Positions 1 to 10,198 of a DNA stretch of 64,000 nt are shown here, one piece after another (the stretch's first letter is position 1; each line of letters opens with the position of its first letter). Both the position numbers and the translations under genes were made by a program. The notes beneath the pieces are model-generated. The model was not told where the DNA came from, made no database searches, and saw only the letters and a list, made by a program, of their open reading frames with translations. This stretch comes from a virus (lineage: Duplodnaviria > Caudoviricetes). Location of the stretch: positions 64,001 through 128,000 of the IMG/VR virus record IMGVR_UViG_3300028591_000086; one strand, given 5' to 3'.

Positions 1-1
1 C

Positions 2-3000
2 GATCCTGATGAAATAGAACGACTTACTGATAATGAAATTGAACAAATTTGTTCAAATTTATTATATTGTACAGATTTAGGAAAATATTTTCTTATATTT
101 GTCGATTATTATGGTCATATTGTTCCATTTAAATTTGACCCTGATAATTTTAGCATTTCGAAATTTGCTCCTAAATTGTTCTATGATGAATTAACGAACA
201 ATAATAAATTGTTATTTAAACCTTTTATTTTAAATGATATTTTATATCTCTTTATTTCAGGAGTAAATAATAGAATCGAATTATGGACTATAAATATAAA
301 TGATCCTAATCCATCATCATTTACTAAAGATATTACTTCATGTGCTTCTCTCGGAAAGGCTACTATCCAATCTAGCAACAGTGAAGATAATTCTTTCGGT
401 ATTACTATTGAAGAAATAAATAATCAACCCGTTATTAAAGTCTTCAATACCGTATTTACTGCTAATAAAAATGAACTTAATGCAATCGCTTTAACTATAG
501 ATGATAAAACTTATACTCGTATGGAATATACTGTTGTGGAAAAATCAAATTTCAGTTATAGTTATAGCGGTATAAAAGAAATAAAAACTATTGCTGCGAA
601 TGAAAAAATACATATTCTCATTTTATTAAGTAATGGAACTTTAAAGATAATAGATGACGGATATATTAACAACACGTTAAACGTTTATACTCGAAAAAAC
701 GTTGACTCTATTTCATTCTTTATTCATAATAAAAATAATGAAATGAGTAACAAAAATGTTTTAAGATTTTACAACAAATATAACAAAGTCAACATTTGTT
801 GTAAAGCATCAGATGATAATTCCGAAAATACATTGAATGGATTATTTACTGACACATTATATGCATTTGATAATTCGACTTGGACTAAGAGTGATAATCT
901 TGGTACAAATTTCAATTATACTGCTAATATGCTGGATTATTATATTCACAACGATGTGACTATTGTATTCGGATATCATAAATTGAATGGAATTATTAAA
1001 CCGTTAATAAAATGTATTAATCCTAATAAAAATGCATATGTTATCGAATCAACAACATTAACAAATAAAGAATATGATAGGCCATTAGACAATGGTCTTG
1101 AACCTAATTCTGGTATCGATATAGTTAAAAATGTAGAATTCGGTAAATCTAAATTAGTTAAAGTCGAAATTAAACCTGAAATTAGCGATACTGTTCCTGA
1201 AAACTCTGAAATTAGTATTTCTGGAAAAGATTTTTATTCTACAGGTGAAATTCTTTGGACAGCTTTATATAAATCAGGAATCCCATTTAATACACAGATT
1301 AAAAGTTTTGGTCGAATCATCATAGATGGTCACGATATTCCTATCGAAAGCGTATTATTTACTCGACCTGATACTAATAAAACATTTGGTAGCGTTCTCT
1401 TAACATTCGATAAAATGTTTGATATTAATTCTCTTGAAAAGAAATATATTAAATTAGGTAATGTTTTATATCCGGGTATTCTTTTTAGAAATAATGAAGG
1501 ATTCTTGAATGATGCCATGATCTCAAATGTATTCAATGTCGATAATACATTTGCTTACGATGATGCTAATAATGGTAGATTATTTGAAGATGAATTATCT
1601 TTAACTATTAAACAATCTATTATTTTAAATGAAGATAATAAAAATCCTATCATGGTAGTTGCTGCTAGTGGTGGGAAAATAGCATCTGTTGATATTAATA
1701 CAGGTTCATTTACTACACCAAATGGTATAGATTATGGTAAAGATGCTCCTGGTATTTCTAGTGTAAATATTCCTTATAATCGAAACGATGGTGAAATCGT
1801 TACTATGGTTAGAGGCACACAGAAACTAAGGAATTATATAATTATTCTCTTTACTTCTGGTAAAATAATTAAATTAAATATTCTTGATAATACAATTTCT
1901 ATACCCACATCACCTTATATATCAAACGAAAATTGTAAAGATTTAACTACGGTATATAGCGTTAAAAATGATGTTCTTACATATGTAGTAAATGATAGCA
2001 CTAGAAATATTGCTAGATACGATATAAGTGGTGGTTCTGAAGGTGTATTATTAGAATCATTCAATGGTCTTAAACCAATTTCAAACGTAATTAATATTGA
2101 TAATAATTTTTATTTCGTTTCAAAAAATAAAAAACTCATTAGAGTAAATCTCACTAGTGCTAAAATACACATATGTAAAGATTTAAGTGATTTCATAACC
2201 AGAAATACAGATAAACCATGCGTTTCTATGTGCTATGACTTTAATGACAGAATTTATATCGCAGTATATGGAAACGATGAAAAACTTAGGTATTACAGTT
2301 TATCCGAAAATACAATATCTAGATATGTCTCTACTATTCAGAAAATTGAATTTGTTCTTGGTTGGTTTAACAATAATCTATATGTAATTGACGAAATATC
2401 TGGAAATAACGTTAGTTCAATAAGTCAAATCTATCATACAGATAATGATTTCAATAATGCTAGTTCTGAAAGATGTAATATTAGTATTAGAAATTTAAAC
2501 TTTAATTTTGACAAATATATAACGTTGAATCACAATTACATAGATGATAAATTAATCATCAGTTTGCAAACATCAAACAATCAAATATATAGAATACCAA
2601 TAAAAAACGATAATGATTTTATAGATGTAGAAATAAAACGCATCATATGTAATGAATACACAACAGTTTATGATACTACTAAAAATTACATATATCTTAC
2701 TAAATTAGGTGTTGGAATCTCTAATATTAACGATGAACTCACAAATGCTGTTAATAATTCAAGTGAAGGTGTTTTCATTCTTGGATATGCAAATAATGCA
2801 TTCTACTTCGTAAAAAATAATAAATTATTTGCGAAAGATCTAAGAAAATCTCACTATAATATAGATAACGAAATAAATGTTTCTGGATCAGTTATAAATC
2901 TCGTAACAAGATTACCTCAGAAATATGTAACAGATAATCTTCCATTAATAACTGCTGTTGGGTATGCTGATAAAGGCAATTTACTTGCCATAGCTTTTGC

Positions 3001-6000
3001 GGATGGTAGTATAGATAGTATATATCTCCCAGAATTCAATGCTGGTAATGGTTATTATGAATCTAATATGGGTGATACAATTGAGAACTATTCTAGAACC
3101 ATATATGTTGAAAGAACAATTAATTCCGATACATTGTTAAAAAATGTAAATAAACCTTCTATGAACGGTTATTCATTTATTGGTTGGAGTTATGATCGTT
3201 CAGAAGCTAATCTTATTCCTGTGGAATATAAAGAAACTCTTAATAGTACAATGATCCCAGCAGGTACTACTATATATGGTGTAATGAAAGATAATATAGA
3301 AGAGTACACAGATAGATCCGCAACTAGATTATATGCTAAAGCAGGCGAAATATCTAATACTCCTATTATATCAATAGAAGAACTTGGAGACGACGTATAT
3401 TTTAAAACAACAAGTAAAAGTATACGTTGGGCTAATGATATCGGTGTCTTCTTTAATGGTCATGATGAAGATTTCACTGGACAGAATACTTCAAAAGACA
3501 GTGGTGAATTCAACTTCAAATTAAAAAGTGGTATCTATATTAATGGAGCCGGTTCTGTAAATGTAGGAAAATATATCTTCTATATTAATGGATACAATCC
3601 TTCAGCTATAAATCCTCAAACTACAGTACATAATGGTATTGTGGTATATGATTCTCAATATAATGAATATGCAGTTTTAAGTAAAGGTACAGATAACCTT
3701 CACGGTTCTATATTGTCAAGAATATATCCATACTGTCATTATTACAACGGATATATTTATATATTTGGTGGTCTTATTAGACGAGATATACATGGTAACG
3801 GTTATGCTAACGGTAGTTCAGCTATCGATGATAATAATAACCTTAGTAAATTTTCTAGAACCAATAAAATTGAAAGATACGATATTCGTTCTGGTGAATA
3901 CTGTATACTGGAAGCTAAATACGGACCAGATGACAGATTTGAATATGGTGATACCGATGAACAACAACTTATTTTCTGTGGTTTAGATGAAATAAGACAT
4001 TTATCAGAATTGAATGATAATGGCGATTATCTTGTCGGTTCAATTTATATATCTGAATTAAATTATTCGGATGATTTTAAATTCGATTTAAACACCGAAA
4101 GTGTTGAAATTAATCAAACAGAAGAAAGCGGATATAATGCGAATGATATATTCCATATATTAGCCACTGTTAAAAATAAAAGCGGTAGTAAAGAAATACG
4201 ATTGAAACGAAATTTAAAATACAATAACAACAACTTAATCGAAGAATGTCTTTACATCGATAACAATTATAACAACATAAAGCAAGTTTTACTTGATAAT
4301 GTAAATCCTGTTAGAAAAGATATTTTTATAAATATTTCAGAATTTATAAACGAAGACACTTTCATACTCCAAATATTAAAAAAGACCGACAAAGAATTAA
4401 TTACTAAAAAGATTCGCATAAATGATGAAAATGAATTTGAAATTCTTGAGGAATCTATCAGTACAAATACTAATATACTTTATGACCCGATGTATTTCGA
4501 TATTGTAACATATTGTAAAAATAAAGTATCCAAAGTATTTGATATTGGGAATAACGAATATCTTATCGATAATACTTATAAGTCAATAAAATCTAAAGAT
4601 AGCACATACATATACACATATGATAAAACGATTTTACACAATATAGCTAATAGAATAGAAAAAATAGAAAACGATATTCCATTAAAAGCTATAGGTAATA
4701 ACGATAAATTCGTATTTGCTGAAAATAATCAATTCATAGTTCATTTCACCAGTACAAAACTTGTGGTTAAAAAGATAGATAATGATGGAAATGAATTAAG
4801 TATTTCTAAAAATATAAAACGCATAAATTCAGTTTCAACAATATATCAACCTAAAGATAATATTATCACTATATTATTATTTAATGATAATAATACTTTA
4901 TTTAAAATAGTGTCTTATTTTATAGATAAACACGTTTTAATAGAACGTTCAATAAACGAAGATACATACGAATATATAAACAATAATTTCTTATATTACT
5001 CTGAAAAATATAATAGCATATACAGTTCAAAACACAATAAATTTATAAGAATCAGTGGAATTGATGCTGAATCAATAGATGATAATAAAGAAGTTAGTTT
5101 TGTTAAAAAAGAATTTGTATCAAATATTATAGGATACGATATTTTATCAAATGATACTATAAATGTTTATGTTTTTTCTGAAAATGAAGATTATGCAAAT
5201 ATTGAAAATTATCAATTAAGTGAAACTGGAGATATTAGGAACTTAATACACAGTTGTCAATTGCAAGCTTCAAATATAAATCACGAGTTAAACACTAATT
5301 GTAAAATCATAAATAATACAATAGTTTCTATAAATACCGATAATAAAATACGTTATTACAAAGATAATGTAAATTATGATGATGTGTATATACCATCAGA
5401 AGCATCTATCTATCATATAGATGAATCTACTATACGATATTTATTAGGAAATGAACGTTTTATTTTACATAGATTATATAAATACAACCAAAATAATGAT
5501 ATAATACATCTTCTTGATGAATCACATTTATCTAGATTGAATAGTGCATATATCTGTGACAATGATAAATATGTATTCACGTATTCTTTCAAATCAATCA
5601 CACAGATATCTAAGAAAACAAACGATTTCAAAAAATTCAATTATGAAAATTTGTTTGGAAATATTGTTGGAATTTTTGCATCTAACGATAATTTATACTT
5701 AGTAGATTCTATTCAAAAAGGAATTCATATACTTAACATTCATAATTACGAATACGATTTTATACCAAATATTCGAGTTGAAGAAGGTTCTAATATAAAA
5801 GCTTCTACAAGCGATAACAGAATATTTGTTCTTATAGATACCAACGTTTATGAATTAATAAATAATAATCTTAATTATATAACATCAGATGTTCCTATAG
5901 ATAATATCCTTGATATAAGATACATTAATGAATATGAATCATTGTATTTCGTATCATGTCCGTCATCTATATCAAATATCAAAATAAGTTCTTATAATTT

Positions 6001-7597
6001 AATTAACGATATACTAAAAGAAGTATATGTTACTAATATAAATAATATTGGTAATAAAGCGAATGATTTGTCAAATGTTGGAAACGATTTATATTTACCT
6101 ACTATTAATCTCGATAGATATGGTAACCTAATAGTCATCGGTGGAGATCTTAATGAAATATCATTTAATCCTACACAAGTAACTATATATGACGGTTCTA
6201 ACTATAAAGATTTTGTAAAAATCGCTGGAAAGAACACCGATAATAGAATATTGCGTTCTATTGTAGATGACAATTATTATTATTCTTTAGCAATAGATTC
6301 ATTTGATCAAATAAACTATGTCAAATCTATAAGACCAGAAAATGAATATAGAGGTTCTCTCAATGATGTGGAATCAGGAATAAATTTATCAGTAAATAAA
6401 CAATTTACATTTAATAATGAGTTGTATAAATTATCTGATGACGGTTACATTTTAGTATTCAATAAGAAAACTAAAAACTTTGAATCATTCTCCAATAATA
6501 ATATCCCATTTAGAGGAGAATTTGTTTCCGCTAATTCATATCCTGATGGAACGGTATATTTCGTTTTTGTAACATATGAACTAAAATCAATAATATTCAA
6601 TTTAATAGGATACAACTTAAATACCAAAAAAATCATGTCTAATGTTATAGAACCAGTATATAATACTGTAAGCAATATAATGCATCTCTCAGTTCCTTTA
6701 AACAGTTCTTGGGAGGGAAAATATTTTATAACATCAGTCAATACTCTTCAAAATAGCGTATTAGTTGTGTTAAATGTATTTAAACTTAAAAATATAACCG
6801 TTATGGTTAGACCAATCAACGGAACAACCGATGGAACAATTATTTATTTTAAAGACAGAGTATTTGCGTTTGGTTCTGGGAAATATTTTAGATATGCTAA
6901 ACTCACAGGAACTGATAACGAGATGGTACAGACAGATGTAAACGATGCAGTAGGTATTGGTACATCTGCTGTTATTTCAGGAAATCGCATGTTATTACGA
7001 GGAAGTGAACCTTCAGAATTATCAATATTCAATGGTAATGTAATGAAATCAGATACTAGATTTGTAACTGAAAACTCATCACATTCTATAATCTTACCTA
7101 TTGATAACAATAAAATTGCCACAATAGTTCCAAATAATAATGGAGATTCTATAAATAATAGAACTAGTGTCTATGAATTTAAGAAAAGTCCTATCATATT
7201 TAAAGAAATCAAAGACGATGTCGCTATTAAAATATATTCAGGTGTTACTAAAGATATAATTGTAATGTATAACATATCAAATAATGAAATTTATGATAAA
7301 ATTACATTGGATCATGCTTATGGTTCAAGTATAAGTAAAATGACAAAATACGATGATGATAGTTATATATTAGTTCATTCAGATACTCCTAGAATATCAA
7401 CTCTCGTAATTAATGATAAAAATAAGTTGTCGGTTAAACGTTATGACGGTACAATGTTTGGTGAAATAATAAACACTGGAACTAATTTACACACGGTTCA
7501 AGACATTGATTTAACTATGATTTTTGATAGCGAAATTGATAATGAATCTAGACCTGATGCAGATGCATTATTAAATTCTGTAATAAATAATATGTAA
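2..7597 (+). CDS. Very large virion (baseplate/tail-associated) beta-propeller protein with Kelch-like blades and one InlB-B/Listeria-Bacteroides-like repeat; 5'-truncated by the window edge
   Basis: The frame of ORF 176..7597 has no stop back to position 2. Kelch-like GYIYIFGGL...IERYD; repeat-like KPSMNGYSFIGWSY...TTIYG; blade motif SGGKIASVDINTG is shared with 22563..31079. Confidence 0.6.
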   Translation, partial: DPDEIERLTDNEIEQICSNLLYCTDLGKYFLIFVDYYGHIVPFKFDPDNFSISKFAPKLFYDELTNNNKLLFKPFILNDILYLFISGVNNRIELWTININDPNPSSFTKDITSCASLGKATIQSSNSEDNSFGITIEEINNQPVIKVFNTVFTANKNELNAIALTIDDKTYTRMEYTVVEKSNFSYSYSGIKEIKTIAANEKIHILILLSNGTLKIIDDGYINNTLNVYTRKNVDSISFFIHNKNNEMSNKNVLRFYNKYNKVNICCKASDDNSENTLNGLFTDTLYAFDNSTWTKSDNLGTNFNYTANMLDYYIHNDVTIVFGYHKLNGIIKPLIKCINPNKNAYVIESTTLTNKEYDRPLDNGLEPNSGIDIVKNVEFGKSKLVKVEIKPEISDTVPENSEISISGKDFYSTGEILWTALYKSGIPFNTQIKSFGRIIIDGHDIPIESVLFTRPDTNKTFGSVLLTFDKMFDINSLEKKYIKLGNVLYPGILFRNNEGFLNDAMISNVFNVDNTFAYDDANNGRLFEDELSLTIKQSIILNEDNKNPIMVVAASGGKIASVDINTGSFTTPNGIDYGKDAPGISSVNIPYNRNDGEIVTMVRGTQKLRNYIIILFTSGKIIKLNILDNTISIPTSPYISNENCKDLTTVYSVKNDVLTYVVNDSTRNIARYDISGGSEGVLLESFNGLKPISNVINIDNNFYFVSKNKKLIRVNLTSAKIHICKDLSDFITRNTDKPCVSMCYDFNDRIYIAVYGNDEKLRYYSLSENTISRYVSTIQKIEFVLGWFNNNLYVIDEISGNNVSSISQIYHTDNDFNNASSERCNISIRNLNFNFDKYITLNHNYIDDKLIISLQTSNNQIYRIPIKNDNDFIDVEIKRIICNEYTTVYDTTKNYIYLTKLGVGISNINDELTNAVNNSSEGVFILGYANNAFYFVKNNKLFAKDLRKSHYNIDNEINVSGSVINLVTRLPQKYVTDNLPLITAVGYADKGNLLAIAFADGSIDSIYLPEFNAGNGYYESNMGDTIENYSRTIYVERTINSDTLLKNVNKPSMNGYSFIGWSYDRSEANLIPVEYKETLNSTMIPAGTTIYGVMKDNIEEYTDRSATRLYAKAGEISNTPIISIEELGDDVYFKTTSKSIRWANDIGVFFNGHDEDFTGQNTSKDSGEFNFKLKSGIYINGAGSVNVGKYIFYINGYNPSAINPQTTVHNGIVVYDSQYNEYAVLSKGTDNLHGSILSRIYPYCHYYNGYIYIFGGLIRRDIHGNGYANGSSAIDDNNNLSKFSRTNKIERYDIRSGEYCILEAKYGPDDRFEYGDTDEQQLIFCGLDEIRHLSELNDNGDYLVGSIYISELNYSDDFKFDLNTESVEINQTEESGYNANDIFHILATVKNKSGSKEIRLKRNLKYNNNNLIEECLYIDNNYNNIKQVLLDNVNPVRKDIFINISEFINEDTFILQILKKTDKELITKKIRINDENEFEILEESISTNTNILYDPMYFDIVTYCKNKVSKVFDIGNNEYLIDNTYKSIKSKDSTYIYTYDKTILHNIANRIEKIENDIPLKAIGNNDKFVFAENNQFIVHFTSTKLVVKKIDNDGNELSISKNIKRINSVSTIYQPKDNIITILLFNDNNTLFKIVSYFIDKHVLIERSINEDTYEYINNNFLYYSEKYNSIYSSKHNKFIRISGIDAESIDDNKEVSFVKKEFVSNIIGYDILSNDTINVYVFSENEDYANIENYQLSETGDIRNLIHSCQLQASNINHELNTNCKIINNTIVSINTDNKIRYYKDNVNYDDVYIPSEASIYHIDESTIRYLLGNERFILHRLYKYNQNNDIIHLLDESHLSRLNSAYICDNDKYVFTYSFKSITQISKKTNDFKKFNYENLFGNIVGIFASNDNLYLVDSIQKGIHILNIHNYEYDFIPNIRVEEGSNIKASTSDNRIFVLIDTNVYELINNNLNYITSDVPIDNILDIRYINEYESLYFVSCPSSISNIKISSYNLINDILKEVYVTNINNIGNKANDLSNVGNDLYLPTINLDRYGNLIVIGGDLNEISFNPTQVTIYDGSNYKDFVKIAGKNTDNRILRSIVDDNYYYSLAIDSFDQINYVKSIRPENEYRGSLNDVESGINLSVNKQFTFNNELYKLSDDGYILVFNKKTKNFESFSNNNIPFRGEFVSANSYPDGTVYFVFVTYELKSIIFNLIGYNLNTKKIMSNVIEPVYNTVSNIMHLSVPLNSSWEGKYFITSVNTLQNSVLVVLNVFKLKNITVMVRPINGTTDGTIIYFKDRVFAFGSGKYFRYAKLTGTDNEMVQTDVNDAVGIGTSAVISGNRMLLRGSEPSELSIFNGNVMKSDTRFVTENSSHSIILPIDNNKIATIVPNNNGDSINNRTSVYEFKKSPIIFKEIKDDVAIKIYSGVTKDIIVMYNISNNEIYDKITLDHAYGSSISKMTKYDDDSYILVHSDTPRISTLVINDKNKLSVKRYDGTMFGEIINTGTNLHTVQDIDLTMIFDSEIDNESRPDADALLNSVINNM

Positions 7598-7615
7598 CAA
7601 AAGGTAGGAGAATTT

Positions 7616-8968
7616 ATGCAAACTTCTAGAAATCCTAAAGTGATTGATAAAGTTCTACAGTATAAACTCCGACCTGTTCTTGATAAGATATCTCAACTAG
7701 AAGTTATTGGTAAAAACAACGATGACTATATCAACAATATAACTTCTAGATTGAGTGCTATTAAAGAAAAGGCAACTGAAGAACTCAACGAATACGAGTT
7801 AGCATCAGCTAAACTCGATAACACTATTTCTAAATCAAATAAAAACCTTTCTAATTTGATAAAGAATACATTATATAATCCTAACTTAAGTACTAATGGA
7901 AGTGGTTCAGGATCGGATCTAACTGAACAAGAAGAAACTAAACTTATAACCGATAAAACTATCGATTCTTGTATATATGGATTAGTGAAAGATGGATTAG
8001 ATTATTCCATTTTCGGTATAACTGGAAAAGGTATTGTTATAAACGATAATTCTTCTGTTATTAATAAAGAGTTTGAATGGAGAAATCCTTCAAATGAAGA
8101 ACATGTTTTTCCATCGTATTATATAAATGATATGATTATGATAGATACATCAAATGTTCTTATTGCCACAAATAATGGAATAGTTTTATACAATATCTAT
8201 GATGAAACTTTTTTATTAATGGATAAAAGTTATGGTCTTCCTAATAATATAGTTCATGAAATCGTTAAAATCCAAACATCTGATAAAGTATTTAGAGGAT
8301 ATCTTGCCCTAACTGAAAAAGGAATTGCTTTCTCACCCGATGCAAAAATGTGGAACGCAATAGATCCTGAATTCACTGAGGTATGTGTAAGTAAAAGTAA
8401 GACTAATCTTATAAATACCCCGCAAGAAATAGTATTTATCGGTACATCAAAAGGAATATATTATTTCGATGTAGATAAATTCATAAACGATGATATTAGA
8501 ACTGTTAAGGAAATACCTGGTTTAAACTTACTTCTTCCATCAATATATATCAATGGTGTAGCATATGATACACACAATGATATTTTAGCGATAGTATCAA
8601 TGAGCGGTTTAAGTGTTGTAAAAAATATAAAAACACTTATTTCTTCTGGAAAAACGATTACTTCTAGTCTTAAAAATAATGATGGAGTACAATATTACAA
8701 TCAATACAATACTATATCGGGTTTAAATACTGCTAGTTGTTATGATTGTATATACACTATAGATGATAAGTTAGTGATCTGTACATCTAATGGTTTAAAC
8801 ATTACTGAGGATTATATAGAATTTAAATCTATAACCAAGACGGTTAATAATTATAATGGAAGCGACGAATTACTAAATTCGTTTATATGTAACAAAATAA
8901 TTAGAAAATCTTCTAACAAATACACTATTCTTCATAGTGTAGGTATAACCGAAGATATAACTATATAA
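7616..8968 (+). CDS. Virion/tail-associated protein: N-terminal coiled coil plus two-component-regulator-type beta-propeller
   Basis: SD GGTAGGAG upstream; heptad-rich N-terminus; repeats ATNNGIV, GLPNNIVHEI, GTSKGIY, CTSNGLN. Confidence 0.55.
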   Translation: MQTSRNPKVIDKVLQYKLRPVLDKISQLEVIGKNNDDYINNITSRLSAIKEKATEELNEYELASAKLDNTISKSNKNLSNLIKNTLYNPNLSTNGSGSGSDLTEQEETKLITDKTIDSCIYGLVKDGLDYSIFGITGKGIVINDNSSVINKEFEWRNPSNEEHVFPSYYINDMIMIDTSNVLIATNNGIVLYNIYDETFLLMDKSYGLPNNIVHEIVKIQTSDKVFRGYLALTEKGIAFSPDAKMWNAIDPEFTEVCVSKSKTNLINTPQEIVFIGTSKGIYYFDVDKFINDDIRTVKEIPGLNLLLPSIYINGVAYDTHNDILAIVSMSGLSVVKNIKTLISSGKTITSSLKNNDGVQYYNQYNTISGLNTASCYDCIYTIDDKLVICTSNGLNITEDYIEFKSITKTVNNYNGSDELLNSFICNKIIRKSSNKYTILHSVGITEDITI

Positions 8969-8970
8969 AT

Positions 8971-9002
8971 AATTAACTGGAGGCAAATGCCTCCAGTTAA
9001 TT
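8971..9002. terminator. Bidirectional intrinsic terminator
   Basis: Perfect inverted repeat AATTAACTGGAGGC-AAAT-GCCTCCAGTTAATT between convergent genes. Confidence 0.85.
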
Positions 9003-9005
9003 TAT

Positions 9006-9728
9006 TCATGACAATATTTTCATATTTCCAGAATGTTGGGATGAACAAGATAACTTAATTTCTTCTTTAGAATATGTATTAACTATATGATTATAAACTT
9101 CATCATATGAATACATATCGAAATTATCGACAAGAATCAAATTACTCGCATTAGAGTTTTTGATATTACCGTCTATTGGCATAATAACGTGCATATTTCG
9201 ATAAGTTTCAGCAACATATTGATTATATTCAGATTCAGTAATACGATATTTTATACTTTTAAAATATGAATCAGTTAAATCTTTTAACAAACTATATACT
9301 ACCATCGTATCAATTATTTTACCAATATCATATATTATCTTTTTAAAAATCTCATCTTGCATAACATATTTTACACTCTGTTCATCTATTACACATAAAA
9401 TATCATTTAGTACCATATTAGAATATATAGATACTAATTTTTTATATTTATTTTTTTCAATTTTATTATTTTCATCATTATGAAATAAATTTGGATAATT
9501 TTTCTTAACTTCATCCATATTGAAAAAATAAGAATTAACTGAAGATTTATGTGATGAACTGGTATTGAACCTTTTATCATATAAATGTGAAACTACCCTT
9601 AATATGTAACATCCTGAAGAATTAGGGGTGATCTCTAAATCAACTTTTTTATTATTATCTTTATTTAAACTTAAAGAATAAACTCTATTATCTATCTTTC
9701 TAAATAAACGTAAATTAATTTTAGACAT
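9006..9728 (-). CDS. Hypothetical protein
   Basis: 240-aa ORF overlapping the stop of 9721..10107, so probably co-transcribed; no motif recognised. Confidence 0.6.
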   Translation of the reverse strand: MSKINLRLFRKIDNRVYSLSLNKDNNKKVDLEITPNSSGCYILRVVSHLYDKRFNTSSSHKSSVNSYFFNMDEVKKNYPNLFHNDENNKIEKNKYKKLVSIYSNMVLNDILCVIDEQSVKYVMQDEIFKKIIYDIGKIIDTMVVYSLLKDLTDSYFKSIKYRITESEYNQYVAETYRNMHVIMPIDGNIKNSNASNLILVDNFDMYSYDEVYNHIVNTYSKEEIKLSCSSQHSGNMKILS

Positions 9729-10107
9729 TTACATTTTCCTTAGATTTAAAGTTTATTTGAAATTTTCCACAAGAATCTTTACAAACATAAAATCTACTAT
9801 TATCTATATCTACAAATATTTTATCTGTGAAAAGATTATATTTATGTTTTACATGTGTCCACCATTCAATCTCAACAGCTTTAGCTTCTTCCAGATTATT
9901 AAAAGCTTTTTCAAAATATTCTTCTTTTTCTTTATCAGTAAGATTTGTTAATGTATCTAAAGTATTTGGTTGACAAGCTTGTCTAGCGGTAAACAATTTA
10001 GTATTAATTTTTTCATAAACTTCGATGTCTTCTCCATCTATTTTAATATCAAGATATTCTTTAGTATGTGCGCATTTTTTACAATCATGCGATTCGCGTA
10101 GTAACAT
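9721..10107 (-). CDS. Putative CXXX-repeat peptide modification system accessory protein (WW motif)
   Basis: SD AGGAG; helical core then EWWTHVKHKY...IFVDIDNSRFY, resembling from memory the small WW protein that accompanies CXXX-target radical SAM enzymes; apparent paralog of 52261..52602. Confidence 0.5.
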   Translation of the reverse strand: MLLRESHDCKKCAHTKEYLDIKIDGEDIEVYEKINTKLFTARQACQPNTLDTLTNLTDKEKEEYFEKAFNNLEEAKAVEIEWWTHVKHKYNLFTDKIFVDIDNSRFYVCKDSCGKFQINFKSKENVNV

Positions 10108-10137
10108 ATTTTTCTCCTTAAAATTTATTTATAAATT

Positions 10138-10149
10138 CATAAATAAGTT
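10138..10149 (-). promoter_or_regulatory. Late-type promoter variant AACT-N6-TG
   Basis: AACTTATTTATG about 30 nt upstream of the start at 10107. Confidence 0.4.
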
Positions 10150-10160
10150 AAAAAATAATT

Positions 10161-10198
10161 AAAAAATAACAGCACCATTTAAAGTGCTGTTATTTTTT
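10161..10198 (-). terminator. Intrinsic terminator after gyrB
   Basis: AAAAAATAACAGCAC...GTGCTGTTATTTTTT inverted repeat. Confidence 0.8.
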